A DNA stretch of 64,000 bases from the NCBI RefSeq assembly GCF_006345805.1, contig NC_043025.1:7440001-7504000 (forward strand), given 5' to 3'. This stretch comes from Octopus sinensis. Taxonomy: Eukaryota. This document shows, piece after piece, positions 1-12,404 of this stretch (within the stretch, counting starts at the first letter, position 1; every line of letters begins with the position of its first letter). The notes beneath the pieces were generated by a model. That model was not told where the DNA came from and made no database searches. It saw only the letters and a program-made list of their open reading frames with translations. The position numbers and the translations under genes were made by a program.

Positions 1-325
1 GAGAAAGCAAGCCAATTGCCACGGTAATTGAAAAATAATCCATCTCTGGATTCCTTTTTTTTGCTTGTTGAAAACAACAATAATGATAATAATAATAATG
101 ATGATAATAATAATGATAATAATAACAATAATAATTTCAAATTTCGGCACAAGACCAGAACAATAATATTAATAATAATAATAATACTGTTGATATGTTA
201 GACAGAGAAAAAAAAAACAGAAAAGAAAATGTGTTGTTAAGTTGTTAATTAGAGTCGAGAGAATTTGTGGTAATTAGTATAAACTAATTAACTATCATTA
301 AAATAAAGTTTGCAATGTTTCTCAG

Positions 326-350
326 ATGGATCATTGCTTCTCAAAGTACA
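326..350 (+). CDS. Candidate exon of an unidentified upstream gene (MDHCFSKY...)
   Basis: tttctcag acceptor and ACA|gtaaga donor; 25 nt, joins 510-558 in phase 1 without a stop. Confidence 0.35.
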
Positions 351-509
351 GTAAGATATTTTTTCTTATTCCATTCACAGTAACTGTGTTTTATCAGGTG
401 GATAAAACTTGTTTTTTTACCGAAATTCTATCTGTATTTCTTCCAGTTTCTCACATTTCTGACATATTCTGATTATCGGTGATAATACTGACGTATGTAA
501 ATATTACAG

Positions 510-558
510 AGCTTCAACGAGTTTTTTCTGAGATGCTACAGCAAATTAAAAAGCGAGG
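510..558 (+). CDS. Candidate exon of unidentified upstream gene (KLQRVFSEMLQQIKKRG)
   Basis: TACTGAC branch point, then attacag acceptor; GG|gtcaga donor in phase 2, matching the exon at 1682. Confidence 0.45.
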
Positions 559-777
559 GTCAGATATCCCCAAAATTCAGTTACCCTGGCAATCATCTGG
601 TTCTGTGATGCCAGATAGGAGTGAATATATTCTGTGTGTGTGTGTATAGTATATGTATGTATGTATGTATGAGTGTGTGTGTGTGTATATATATAAATTT
701 CAAAATGTGACCGCGTTTGTACCGTTGGCGATTTTTTTTCCTCTGTCTTCCCTTCTCTGGATCTTTCTTTTTCTTAT

Positions 778-812
778 GTTTCCGACGAAGAGCTCCGCTC
801 GAAACGTTAAAC
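778..812 (+). ncRNA. Degenerate minimal hammerhead-like motif in a Penelope-type repeat
   Basis: GTTT-CCGACGA-A-GAGC/GCTC-GAAACGT-T-AAAC; stems intact, core U4 changed to C. Confidence 0.4.
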
Positions 813-966
813 CCTCCTTCTTTCCTGAGCGTCCAATAATACTACATTTGTTCCACGTCCTCGCGTTGTTGTGTTTTTTCGTGCTTTCTTGTTTGGATTA
901 ACTTTATAAATATATATATATATATGTATGTATGTATGTATCTATGTATATATTAATAGTGTGTGG

Positions 967-1028
<62 letters not shown>

Positions 1029-1681
1029 CAGTATTTACAGCGTTTAGAGGTACTCCAACAAACTGTTCATTTGAAGGTGTGTATTGGTGTATGCATGAAC
1101 TTATATATATATATCAGCCGAAATTTGCTATGATGATCCGGTTCCTGACTGAAGATTAAAGGCTTCGAATGACCCGTCTGTTTTCTGTGTTCGTCCCTTT
1201 GTGTATTTCACGTTCTTGTTTCTTTATATATAATTTTTATTCCTATATATATATATATATATATATATGGAGCTTGCTTCCCAGCTACATGGTTTCGGGT
1301 TCAGTCCCACTGCGTGGCATTTTGGGCAAGTGTCTTCTGCTATAGCCTCGAGCCGACCGGAGCTTTGTGATTGAATTCGGTAGGCGGAAGTTACTGCCGT
1401 GTGTGTATGTGTGCGTATAGCTGCTCGGTGCCTCTCCGAAAGAGAGAGAGAGGGGGATATTATTTACAATGTAGATATGCAATATATTTTACGCAATATA
1501 CAGGTGCTCTGACAGGTTGAAGGTGTGTGCTGTTGAATGTGTGTATGTAATATTTACAGGAAATAAATATATGTTCCTAGATTTTCCTGTTGGTTTTTTT
1601 TCTCCCTGTTATTATTGGGAACAGATCAATGTGTGGTGTGTATTGATTACACTTGCTTGATCAATTTTTTTTTTTGATCAG

Positions 1682-1832
1682 ACGAGGGAATCAGGAATCA
1701 GATGTTCAGAAGCATCCATCAATAGATGAAGACGGCAATGACCTGTCGGATGTATTGACACCTGGAATATTAAAGAAAAGACGATTAATTGTTAAAATGT
1801 TTTTGATGAGTAATGTGTGGTCAGTATGTTAA
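1682..1832 (+). CDS. Candidate exon of unidentified upstream gene (RGNQESDVQKHPSIDEDGNDLSDVLTPGILKKRRLIVKMFLMSNVWS...)
   Basis: Poly-T tract plus cag acceptor; one open frame in non-repetitive sequence. The 3' end is ambiguous: donors after 1819 or 1823, or TAA at 1830-1832. Confidence 0.5.
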
Positions 1833-2675
1833 TAAGGTTCATCCTCATCATCATCATTTAACGTCTGCTTTCCATGCTGGCATGGGTTGGACGGTTTGAC
1901 TGAGGGCTGGCGAACCAGATGGCTGCACCAGTCTCCAATCTGATCTGGCAGAGCTTCTACAGCTGGATGCCTTTCCTAATGCCAACCACTCCGAGAGTGT
2001 AGTGGGTGCTTTTACGTGCCACCGGCATGAGGGCCAGTGAGGTGGTACTGGCAACGGCCACGCTCAAATGGTGTTTTTTATGTGCCACCTGCACAAGTGC
2101 TAGTAAGGTGATGCAGGTAATATAATTAAAAGCCAGTCTACTGGGCGGTTGGTGTTAAGAAGGGCATCCAGCCATAAAACCATGCCAAAACAGGCATAGA
2201 AGTCTGGTGCAGGCTCCTGTCAAACCATCCGATCTATGCCAACATGGAAGATGAACTTTAAATGATGATGAAGATGATGATCATACATTAAAAGGTGAGC
2301 TGGCAGAATCATTAGCATGCCTGGCATTTTATCTGAGTTCAAATTCCGCCAGTTGACTTTGCCTTTCAACTTTTCAGGGTTGGTAGAATAATCACCAGCC
2401 AAACACTGGGGTTGATATAATCAACTTAGCCTCTCCCCACAAACTGTTGGCCTTGTGCCAAAATTTGAAATTGATAATGTCACATAGTTAGGTGCGGCTG
2501 CGTAGTAAGAATATGCTTCCCAACCACATGGTTCCGGGTTCAATCCCACTGTGTGGCACAAAGGGCAAGTGTCTTCTGCTATAGCCATGGGCTGACCAAA
2601 GCCTTGTGAGTGGATTTGGTAGATGGAAACTGAAAGAAACCCATTGTCTATCTAATAATCTATCTATATATACAA

Positions 2676-2732
<57 letters not shown>

Positions 2733-3461
2733 TATAATGAAGAAAGCTGCTTATTAATTATGTAACAATTACTAAAAGTTCTAAAAGAAAGCAATTATTA
2801 AAGAGTTGACCGTCTGGAAATATTCCTATAAATTTATATTCTGAGAAATTTTCTATATTTTCAATTTCTCAAGTTTACTGAATTTTTATAACTCCAGTTG
2901 AGTGTGGTCGATGCCAGTGTCGTCTGACTGTCTCTCATGCTGGTGGCACGTAAAAAGGACCATTCAAGCATGGTCAATGCCAGTACTACCTGACTGGCTC
3001 CTATGTTGGTGGCATGTAAAATGCATCATTCAAGCATGGTCAATGCCAGTACTGCCCTCATGCCGGCAGCACATAAAAAACACCCACTACACTCTTGAAT
3101 TGGAGCCTGGTGCACCCCTTAGTCAAACCGTCCAACCCATGCCAGCATGGAAAGCAGACGTTAAATGATGATGATGATCTACTCCAAGGTGGGGCTTTGA
3201 TAATGCAGTGCCCATAGTATAAACATAGTATGTCTATAAGAGATTTTATCTCAGAAAAAACTGCAGCGTCTTGCCTGTCAATGGTGTATGTACTTAGAAT
3301 GATATTTTAATTTAACCTTTTTGCTACAGAAATCAGCTATATCCACTGGAAAATTTCATTACTCTTTACTGTTAAATGCAGTTTTATATACCAAACTTTC
3401 ATTGAGGAACATCATGTCTGAAATAATTTTTAGTTGAGATATGTCAGGCTTATTGAGTCTA

Positions 3462-4315
3462 CTGTAAATCTTTGAGTATAGTCCACCCTTGAGTATAATA
3501 CGCAGGGGATTTTTAGGGGGCTGTACCTCTGAAAAACCTAAACCTTGTGTATAATACGCACCCCTTCTCTAACTTGAGTCGGGGAGGTCTATATAACGTC
3601 CTTGGTTTGTAAAAATGCATATGGTAATGTCCTTTATTAGTATTGTATATATAACAATGCAAACGTGTATTCGCAGAGCATTTTTAGGGGGCTGTACCTC
3701 TGAAAAACCTAAACCTTGTGTATAATATGCACCCCTTCTCTAACTTGAGTCGGGGAGGTCTATATAACGTCCTTGGTTTGTAAAAATGCATATGGTAATG
3801 TCCTTTATTAGTATTGTATATATAACAATGCAAACGTGTATTCGCAGGGCATTTTTAGGGGGCTGTACCTCTGAAAAACCTAAACCTTGTGTATAATACG
3901 CACCCCTTCTCTAACTTGAGTCAAGGAGGTCTATATAACGTCCTTGGTTTGTAAAACTGTATACGGTAACGTCCTTTATTATTATTGTATACATAACATA
4001 ATGCAAGCATGTAGCTTTTTTGTGCATTTTGTTTGCAGAAAATAAAGAAATAACAGTAATAATGTTTAATAAATGTTGCTTACTGCAAGTTATGGATGAT
4101 TCTTTTATGACTTCATTGCTTTCAGGCTTAGCTTAAGGTATTTTCGCGCCCGGCATCACAAAATGCGTCTGAATAAACATTGCTGGACAGCAAATAGAGA
4201 CTCGGACATTGCTTAGAAAATATTTTTCATTTTTAACCTTGTGTATACTACGCACTAGGGATTTTGACCCTTAAATTTTTGGGGGAAAATGTGGATTATA
4301 CTCGAGGATTTACAG
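3462..4315. mobile_element. Non-autonomous Tc1/mariner-superfamily (Tc2/pogo-like) element with internal 171-bp x ~3 tandem repeat
   Basis: 25-bp TIRs (ctgtaaatc...tccac, 22/25 match), TA on both sides; internal units start at 3511, 3682 and 3853. Confidence 0.8.
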
Positions 4316-4794
4316 TATATGCCTTGCAGAAAATACTAATTTTATTTTTTTGGTAGATATTTAACAACATTACTAGAAAAACCATGGAATTAGTGTTGGC
4401 ATTAAAGGAATAATGAATAAGAAAAGTGAAAGTAGAGACAGTTTTTTTTTTTTCTTTGTGTGTATGTGTGGTTTGCCGAACCGCTAAGTGACAGGGACGC
4501 AAACACACCAGCATCGGTTGTCAAGCGATGCTAGGGGGACAAACACAGACACACACATACATATATATATATACATATATACGACAGGATTCTTTCAGTT
4601 TCCACTCACAAGGTATTGGTCGGCCCGGGGCTATAGCAGAAGACACTTGCCCAAGATACCACGCAGTGGGACTGAACCCGGAACCATGTGGTTGGTAAAC
4701 AAGCTACTTACCACACAGCCACTCCTACGCCTATATACACACACATATATATACATACAAATATGTGTATAAACATATATGTGTGTGTGGGCAC

Positions 4795-4954
4795 ATGAGT
4801 GGCTGTGTGGTAAGTAGCTTGCTCATCAACCACATGGTTTCAGGTTCAGTCCCACTGTGTGGCACCTTGGGCAAGTGTCTTCTACTATAGCCTCAGGCTG
4901 ACCAAAGCCTTGTGAGTGGATTTGGTAGGCGGAAACTGAGAAAAGCCAGTCGTA

Positions 4955-5017
<63 letters not shown>

Positions 5018-5220
5018 ATGTTTGTGTGTCTGTGTTTGTCCCCCACCCAGCATCGCTTGACAATTGATGCTGGTGTGTTGATGTCCCTGTAACTTATCAG
5101 TTCAGTAAAAGAGACAGATAGAATAAGTACTAGGCTTACAAAGAAAAAGTCCTGGGGTCGATTTGCTCGACTAAAGGCAGGTGCTCCAGCATGGCCACAG
5201 TCAAATGACTGAAACAAGTA
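4795..5220 (+). mobile_element. tRNA-derived SINE, family 1 (head GGCGCAGGAGTGGCTGTGTGG..., central microsatellite)
   Basis: A/B-box-like head; near-identical to more than 10 other copies in the window. Confidence 0.8.
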
Positions 5221-5694
5221 TTTCAGAGTGTGTAGATTACAATTATATTGGAATTTAATAAGCTATAAAGAAAAAGAAAAAAAAAAAAACGGCGGGCTCG
5301 TAAACATCTATGCTGACACATTGCAAATATTTACGATGGTTTGTCAGGAAATTTTTATTCCTGGTTGAAATTGATTTGCCCAAATTACGCTGCTAATACC
5401 GTTACAAAGAGCATGAATAGGGGATAGATCCTATTTGTGTGTGTGCATGTGCGTTCGTGTGTTTTTGTGTCTGTGTTCGTCTCCACCATCACTGCTTGAC
5501 AACCAGTGTTTGTGTGCATATGTCCCGTTAACTTAGCGGTTCGGCAGAACGAACCAATAGAATGAGTACCAGGCTTAAAGTGAATGAGTACTGCGGTCGA
5601 TTTGCTCGACAAAAAATTCTTGAAGACGGTGTCCCGGCATAACCGCTGTCCAATGACTGAAACGAGTAAAAGGATAAAAGATAAACGATATGTG

Positions 5695-5927
5695 GGTACT
5701 ACTTGAGAACGGTGGTCCCGGTGCGCGCACTCGCGCTATCTAGTCGTGACTAGTCGATCCTACAACGACTACCTAGCAGAATAAAACTACACATAGTAGA
5801 TAATTTTTTTAAGCAAAGTAAATAAAACAAAAACACAAAGTTAGGATCGACTAGTCACGACTAGCTCGCGTGGATGCGCGAGTATGCGAGTGCGCGCACC
5901 GGGGGACCACTCTTCTTAAATAGTACC
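5695..5927. mobile_element. Merlin-type MITE
   Basis: Long imperfect TIRs GGTACTA...TAGTACC; 9-bp TSD CGATATGTG at 5686-5694 and 5928-5936. GG termini and an 8-9-bp TSD are the Merlin signature. Confidence 0.7.
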
Positions 5928-6959
5928 CGATATGTGTGTCTGTGTTTACGTGCGTGTATGCATTACACACACATACAGGTTAATTACAGCAGAAAAGGAG
6001 ATAGGCGACTTACATGCGTCTTAGGAAGAGCAGTAAAGCGAAAGTGCGTTATTAATTGACAGTCGAAGTGAAGAGAAGACGATGGTTGATGCTGATGATT
6101 GTGATGAAGGTGATGATGATGATGGTGGTGGTGGTGGTGGTGGTGAAGGTGTGATGACCACGAAATTGATGGTGGGTCACTGGAAATATTTGATAAATTA
6201 AAAAAAAAAAACAGAAAAACAAGTCAAGAGTTCTTGTGTTGTTGAACGTCGGGTCTTCTCCGACCGAGCTGAACCACGATCAAAGGCGTCCCAGCCGTGA
6301 CCATCCCGTCTTCTAATGTCCTTTTTTTTTTTTGCATATAGTGTTGTGTAATATGTATAAGACTACATTATCGAATATTTAAAATATTTTTTCAAGATGG
6401 AAAGATGCAGATTTGGCTGCTATTTCTAACACTCTTTCGCTCCTGCCGTATTGTTTGATGAGAGTGAGCGAAGACAATCGGAAACGGTGACTGCTCCAAA
6501 AGTATCCCGTCTGTTAAAAAGTCCCGGACAGGGTTGTCAGTTCCAAATTTTTAAAACTGCTATTTTCGTAGATAAAAAATACAGAATAAAAGAGAAATGT
6601 ACCTCGCAAAAATTAAAATAATGATGAATAATAAAAAAAACACCTAAGCAAAAAGCACAGAAATAGGTTTAAATATCCAAGCCCTAAAAATTTAAGGAAG
6701 CGGGTTAATCGATTACATCGACCCCCGAGCTCATCTTTGTTAATTATTAAATTTTTCTTTGCATCAATCGTTTGATTATGGCAATAATATTGCTTATCTT
6801 AAAACTGAGAGGAAGAGACAGTCTATCTGTGAAAATAATGAGACAAGAATTGCGTAAGTCACAAAGGAATAATTTATCTAAAACTTCATTCCTTTATAAT
6901 TAAGATTTTCTTTCATCTTATCTACATTATAGTTAGGCCATGATGTACCTCAGTAGAAA

Positions 6960-7700
6960 TGTCTACTGGCACACAGCCTGTCGGCCAGAAACAGCCATCA
7001 GCGAAGAAAGAAAACAACAAATATCTTACAAACCATAGAATTTTCTCAATAAAGCCAAGAGAAAAAGATGTTTTATAAACACATTCTACCAGTATACGAA
7101 GTTTAAAAGTGTTTAGTTACGTGGAAATTATGTTAAAAAACTGTCGGTCAAACAGAAAAGATCCCTGTTTCTTAAACGAGGGACATATTCATACGGCACA
7201 GAATGTTTTCACCTCAATAGACATCACTGATTGGTTGAAATTGCAGAAATTGAAGAAAAAAAACAACAAATATCTTACAAACTATAGAATTTTCTCAATA
7301 AAGCCAAGAGAAAAAGATGTTTTATAAACACATTCTACCAGTATACGAAGTTTAAAAGTGTTTAGTTACGTGGAAATTATGTTAAAAAACTGTCGGTCAA
7401 ACAGAAAAGATCCCTGTTTCTTAAACGAGGGACATATTCATACGGCACAGAATGTTTTCACCTCAATAGACATCACTGATTGGTTGAAATTGCAGAAATT
7501 GAAGAAAAAAAACAACAAATATCTTACAAACCATAGAATTTTCTCAATAAAGCCAAGAGAAAAAGATGTTTTATAAACACATTCTACCAGTATACGAAGT
7601 TTAAAATTTTTTAGTTACCTAGAAATTATTTTAAAAAACTGTCGGTCAAACCGAAAAGATCCAAGATGTCTTATATGACACAGTCTACCAGTGTCCGAAG
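6960..7700. repeat. ~249-bp tandem repeat x ~3 (internal transposon segment; related sequence at 55400-55640)
   Basis: ORFs 7109 and 7358 differ by one residue, period 249. Confidence 0.8.
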
Positions 7701-7987
7701 TCTGAAAGTGTTTAGTTACAAAAAAATTAATTTCTCGATCTGCCGTTCAAAGGGTAAAGATCCCATATATGCATTGTTCCTTATTATATTTATTGTAAAG
7801 GCTGTGTGTCATTATCATAAGATATTTTAACAATAAATAACCTAATTGTTACCTTACCAATAAGAGATTAATAATAGAAGAATGAACATTACTATTCCCA
7901 ATGTAAGGATGGTACGTGGTCAAAGAAAATCATGAACACCAAGGCCGTATCAACAAGTTTTGACCTTACACTGCATTTGCGATCTTA

Positions 7988-8542
7988 TCTTTATATATAA
8001 AAGTCAAATTGTGTGTCTGTCTCCTACGATTTAGATTCCTAACTACTCCCACATTTTGTGGTGCAGTGTAACCAAAACCGGGTATCTTATAGTCGTGATT
8101 CATATCGAGCCCTTCTGGGTATTAGCGCGCCTCTACGATGAGTCTACGATTTAAAAATTATTTACCATCAATTTTTCCCATTTTTAATGTATTTTTGGCA
8201 AGTAACTCTCTAAAAAATTATTATTAAATCTCAGAACGTAAAAAGCTACAGTAACAGCCCCCTTTGTGGTTAGCCATATTGAGATGGCTCGACTAAAAAT
8301 TCCTGAAGACAGTGTCCCAGCATAACCGCTGTCCAATGACTGAAACGAGTAAAAGGATAAAAGATAAACGATGTGTGGGTACTACTTGAGAACAGTGGTC
8401 CCGGTGCGCGCACTCGCGTAAGCTAGTCGTGACTAGTCGATCCTAGAACGACTACCTAGCAAAATAAATACTTTACATATCTAAAAATGCTTATATAGTT
8501 ATTTCCCTTACAAATCCAAGCAACGCCGGGCGATACTGCTAG
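7988..8542 (+). mobile_element. Non-autonomous Helitron carrying a 179-bp insert
   Basis: A|TC...TATATATAAAAG 5' end, GC-rich subterminal motif and CTAG|T 3' end; 8290-8468 matches 5607-5785. Confidence 0.7.
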
Positions 8543-8659
8543 TTATCAATAAACTGTTTTGGCTTTCGCTTAAAAGTATTGATATTTTGTGTGGCTTTGA
8601 TATTATCAGTCTACCAATTATACGCAGAACATGCAGCAAAATCTATCATGTTCTCTTGT

Positions 8660-9760
8660 CCGGTAGCTCGGACTTGCTAACGCCAGTGTGCTCTCGAAAC
8701 TGCTGAAGAACGTCTGCCTAGCCAACAATTCCTAGGGTTGGCAGAAACTGTTCCTATTCTCCCTGGTCTCTCTCCGCGTGACGAATGGGAAAAGTGGATC
8801 CCTCACTACTTCCCTTAAACGGCATTTCGAGCTGTTCGAATCTACCTCCAACCATTGTCCATCTCAGGTCGGTGATTTGCTCAATCCCGAACAATGGTCG
8901 ACTACCTAACTTAAAGAAGGCCGTTGATTTCAAATTCAGTAAACTTGACATTAAAGGGGCTGTTCGCCTCCTTTCTTCTCTGTTCTACCTCGTCCCATGG
9001 ACTACAGACTCCCTCAATCAACCGAAGGAGAAACATCCTCCGACCCCTCCGGATTATCACCTACACTGGCTCGACCCACCAAGTTTCCTACGACCACCGA
9101 AAGTATGGGACAATCTGTGTTCAGATGCCACTTCCAACTCTCTCCTTGATCAATCTGATCAATTTTCAAGGTGTTCCCTACTTCCAGCTAGTGTAAAATT
9201 CTCAGGGGACTGGATCGATGCCCTGCCGGTGGTTAACACTGGAAGTCTACTCAATCTAGATGAGTTCTACATCCTCATCGCACTCAGGGAGCTGACGTCC
9301 GCAGGGGACTGAAATATCGCCATGGTAGCCCCCTCAGGCCCACAGGTCTTCACGGTCTGTCTTGCCACCTAAATGCTGGTCGTTTCGCTCGTCACACCGA
9401 GCCAAGCGTAATCATTAGCGGGCCCTTACTCGGATTAATATCTCCCCAAATCTGGAGCCGGCGGCAATATCCAGAAGTGATGGAAAGAGACCAGATGGTC
9501 TTACCCTCTGTCCATGGGTTAGAGGTAGGTACCTCATCTGTGACACCACGATCTGTGACTCTTTTGCTCCTTCCCACATCCTGGATGCTGCGGTAAATGG
9601 GAGGGTCATTGCATCTGTAGTTGAACAGAACAAACTCCTGAAGTATTGGGATCTGGCAGTGAACTATCTCTTCCAACCTGTGGTGTTTGAGGGACTGGGC
9701 TACTAATGGCAAAGTTCTTGTCACTGTTGGCAGCTCGACTCACCGAGATGCCATGAAATG
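8660..9760 (+). mobile_element. Decayed CRE-like RLE non-LTR retrotransposon with the RT domain deleted
   Basis: DIKGAVRLLSS...KEKHPP (pre-RT), GDWIDALP...LIALR, HGLSC..AGRFARH (CCHC region), and DGKRPDGLTLCPW...LICD...KY...FQPVVFEGLG (restriction-like endonuclease, 9479-9706). Confidence 0.8.
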
Positions 9761-9857
9761 CTCATGAGGGTGCTCGGAGAGTACAAAACTTAAAGTTTAG
9801 CCAGGAAAAAGATTTCGTTTCGACCTTTTACGAAATACAAAGAAGAGACAACGGCGA

Positions 9858-9865
9858 CCGGAAGT
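9858..9865 (+). promoter_or_regulatory. ETS-type site CCGGAAGT in the CpG-rich putative SUPT7L promoter
   Basis: Exact motif inside a locally CpG-rich unique stretch ~125 bp upstream of a consensus donor. Confidence 0.45.
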
Positions 9866-9869
9866 TGTT

Positions 9870-9989
9870 TAGTCTGGACGACAAATTTGTGAGACACTTC
9901 GCCAGAAGTCACCGGTTTTCCGCGGGAAGACAACTTCGCCGAAAACCTCATCCGACGTCCAAGTGTTTGCATCGACATTTATATATCAA
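9870..9989 (+). other. SUPT7L: Putative non-coding first exon (5' UTR) of SUPT7L; start approximate
   Basis: CAA|gtaagt donor at 9990; unique CpG-rich sequence; the next good acceptor is at 12209. Confidence 0.55.
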
Positions 9990-10273
9990 GTAAGTTATTC
10001 TATTCTATTTTGTAACCGCTTCCACTTCGTGTAGAGTCCTTTCTTGTGTGTATGGTGTGTGTAACCAAAGTTCTGTTTGTTTATAGTAAGCAAATTTACC
10101 TTCAGTATCAGCTCCAGGAATCCGGCGAGTTTGGGACCGGAAATGCTCCGATTTTCCGTAAACAATCTAAATATATACCGGGAAGCTTACGAAAATAAAC
10201 AAAAGACGAAGGCAGGTAGAGTACAAACAAACAATTGTATTAGTATGGCGCTCAGGAATAGAAATAGAAAAAG

Positions 10274-10311
10274 TCTTTTACGTTTCGAGCCTACGCTCTT
10301 CGACAGAAAGA
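10274..10311 (-). ncRNA. Minimal type I hammerhead-like motif with variant core CUGUCGA
   Basis: TCTTT-CTGTCGA-A-GAGC/GCTC-GAAACGT-A-AAAGA on the - strand. Confidence 0.5.
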
Positions 10312-10383
10312 TACACAGAAAAGAAACAAGGAGAGATATACATAAGATATAACATTAACCAGGAGAAGTAAAGAATTAAATTG

Positions 10384-10653
10384 GGTACTACTAGCGAACA
10401 GTGGTCCCGGTGCGCATTCGCGTATCCGCGCTAGCTAGACGTAAGTAGTCGATCCTACAACGACTACCTCGCAAAGTAAAGAAAACATAAAATAAATAAT
10501 TTTTTTGTACAAAGCAAATAATTTTTGTTAAACAAAGTAAATAAAACACAAAAACACAAAAACACAAAGTAAATAACGCAAAACAGTAAGGATCGATTAG
10601 TCATGACTAGCTGGGGCGGATGCGCGACCGGGACCGCTTTTCTCATGTAGTCC
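10384..10653. mobile_element. Merlin-type MITE, second full copy
   Basis: Same TIR family as 5695-5927; TTAAATTG duplicated on both flanks. Confidence 0.65.
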
Positions 10654-10920
10654 CTTAAATTGTATTTAACAGATTCGAATCAATGCATTTTTGAAGCAGG
10701 GCATGTTTGATATATCGATTGAAAGCCGAAGGAGCAAATATACTTTATCCCGGCTTACTCATTTTGCCCCAGAGAAATTCGTCTTTTATATACTCAAAGA
10801 GAGCAGTGATAATTTTCTGAACTAGTGATCAGATTCTGTTACAATGCTTTTAATAAGGCATTTAGCTGATATAGGTTTTATGGCGATCTTACGGTATAAG
10901 TGCCAGTGTACTTCCGGAAG

Positions 10921-11114
10921 TACTCTCTTTTACTTGTTTCAGTCATTTGACTGCGGCCATGCTGGAGCACCGCCTTTAGTCGACCAAATCGATCCCGGGA
11001 CTTATTCTCTGTAAGCCCAGTACTTATTCTATCGGTCCCTTTTGCCGAACCGCTAAGTTACGGGGACGTAAACACACCAGCATCGGTTGTCAAGCAATGC
11101 TAGGGGGACAAACA

Positions 11115-11172
<58 letters not shown>

Positions 11173-11335
11173 CACGACAGGCTTCTTTCAGTTTCCGCCT
11201 ACCAAATCCACTCACAAGGCTTTGGTCAGCCCGAGGCTATAGTAGAAGACACTTGCCCAAGATGCCACGCAGTGGGACTGAACACGGAACCATGTGGTTG
11301 GTTAGCAAACTACTTACCACACAGCCACTCCTGCG
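10921..11335 (-). mobile_element. SINE family 1, full copy
   Basis: Matches the other family-1 copies end to end. Confidence 0.85.
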
Positions 11336-11855
11336 GATACATTTAAAAGAATTTTTTTATATATGGGGGGTTAGGGTTTCTGTTAGGATTAGGGTATGTG
11401 GCGATGCTTCGGTATATGTACACACGTGATTTTGTTTACATTTCTGAAGATAACAGAAACCCTAACCCCCCGCCCCATATATAAAAGAACCCCACTTTTT
11501 TTAGTTTTGGCATGGCTTCTACAGCTGGATCCCCATCCAAATGCCAACCTCTTTACAGGGTGGAGTGGATGCTTTTTACGAGGTACCAGCACAGCACATG
11601 CACACACAATATATACATGTTTGTGTATGTATGTACAGACACACTATATATTCAAATTTGCATGTGTATATACTACATATATCATCATCATCATCGTTTA
11701 ACGTCTGTTTTCCATGCTGGCATGGGTTGGATGGTTTGACTGGGGTCTGGGAAGTCAATATATATATATATCATCATCATCATCATCATCGTTTAACGTC
11801 CGTTCTCCATGCTAGCATGGGTTGGACTTATATATATATATATATATATGTGTGG

Positions 11856-12141
11856 AGGTGCAATGGCCCAGTGGTTAGGGCAGGGGACTCGCGGTTTAGA
11901 TTCCCAGACCGGGCGTTGTGAGTGTTTATTGCGCGAAAACACCTAAAGCTCCACGAGGCTCCGGCAGGGGGTGGTGGCGATCCCTGCTGTACTCTTTCGC
12001 CACAACTTTCTCTCACTCTTTCTTCTGTTGGCCTGCTCGCTTAGCCAGCGGGGTGGCGTCGTTTGAAGGCTAAAGCAATGCGAAGCGCATTGTGACCAGC
12101 GATGTGTAGCAACATCTGATAGCCTGGTCGGTCACGGTGAT
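11856..12141 (+). mobile_element. tRNA-derived SINE, distinct family (another copy at 54939-55120)
   Basis: GGCCCAGTGGTTAGGGCAG head; body shared with the second copy. Confidence 0.75.
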
Positions 12142-12249
12142 ATACATATATATATCTCACAGGTCCACACATTTATTTTACATCTTTTTCCTCTCTCTCT
12201 CCTTTCCAGGCATCTTAGTTCCTTACTACTACTTCTACAAGAACACAGA

Positions 12250-12404
12250 ATGACGTCCCACTGGGGGGATATGCCCGCAGTGGGGGACACTGATTCGGCA
12301 TTTGCTAAAATGGAACGAGACCAACTGACCAAACGTCGACCAATGGAAATCCAAGGCCCACGACTCTATCAGACATTCAGCAAGCAGTATTCTACCTCCA
12401 CCAA
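12250..12404 (+). CDS. SUPT7L: SUPT7L coding exon 1 (exon starts at 12210): MTSHWGDMPAVGDTDSAFAKMERDQLTKRRPMEIQGPRLYQTFSKQYSTST
   Basis: ttccag acceptor and AA|gtaaga donor; N-terminus resembles vertebrate SUPT7L (YWGEIP...EVHDPPLHQ) as recalled. Confidence 0.85.
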
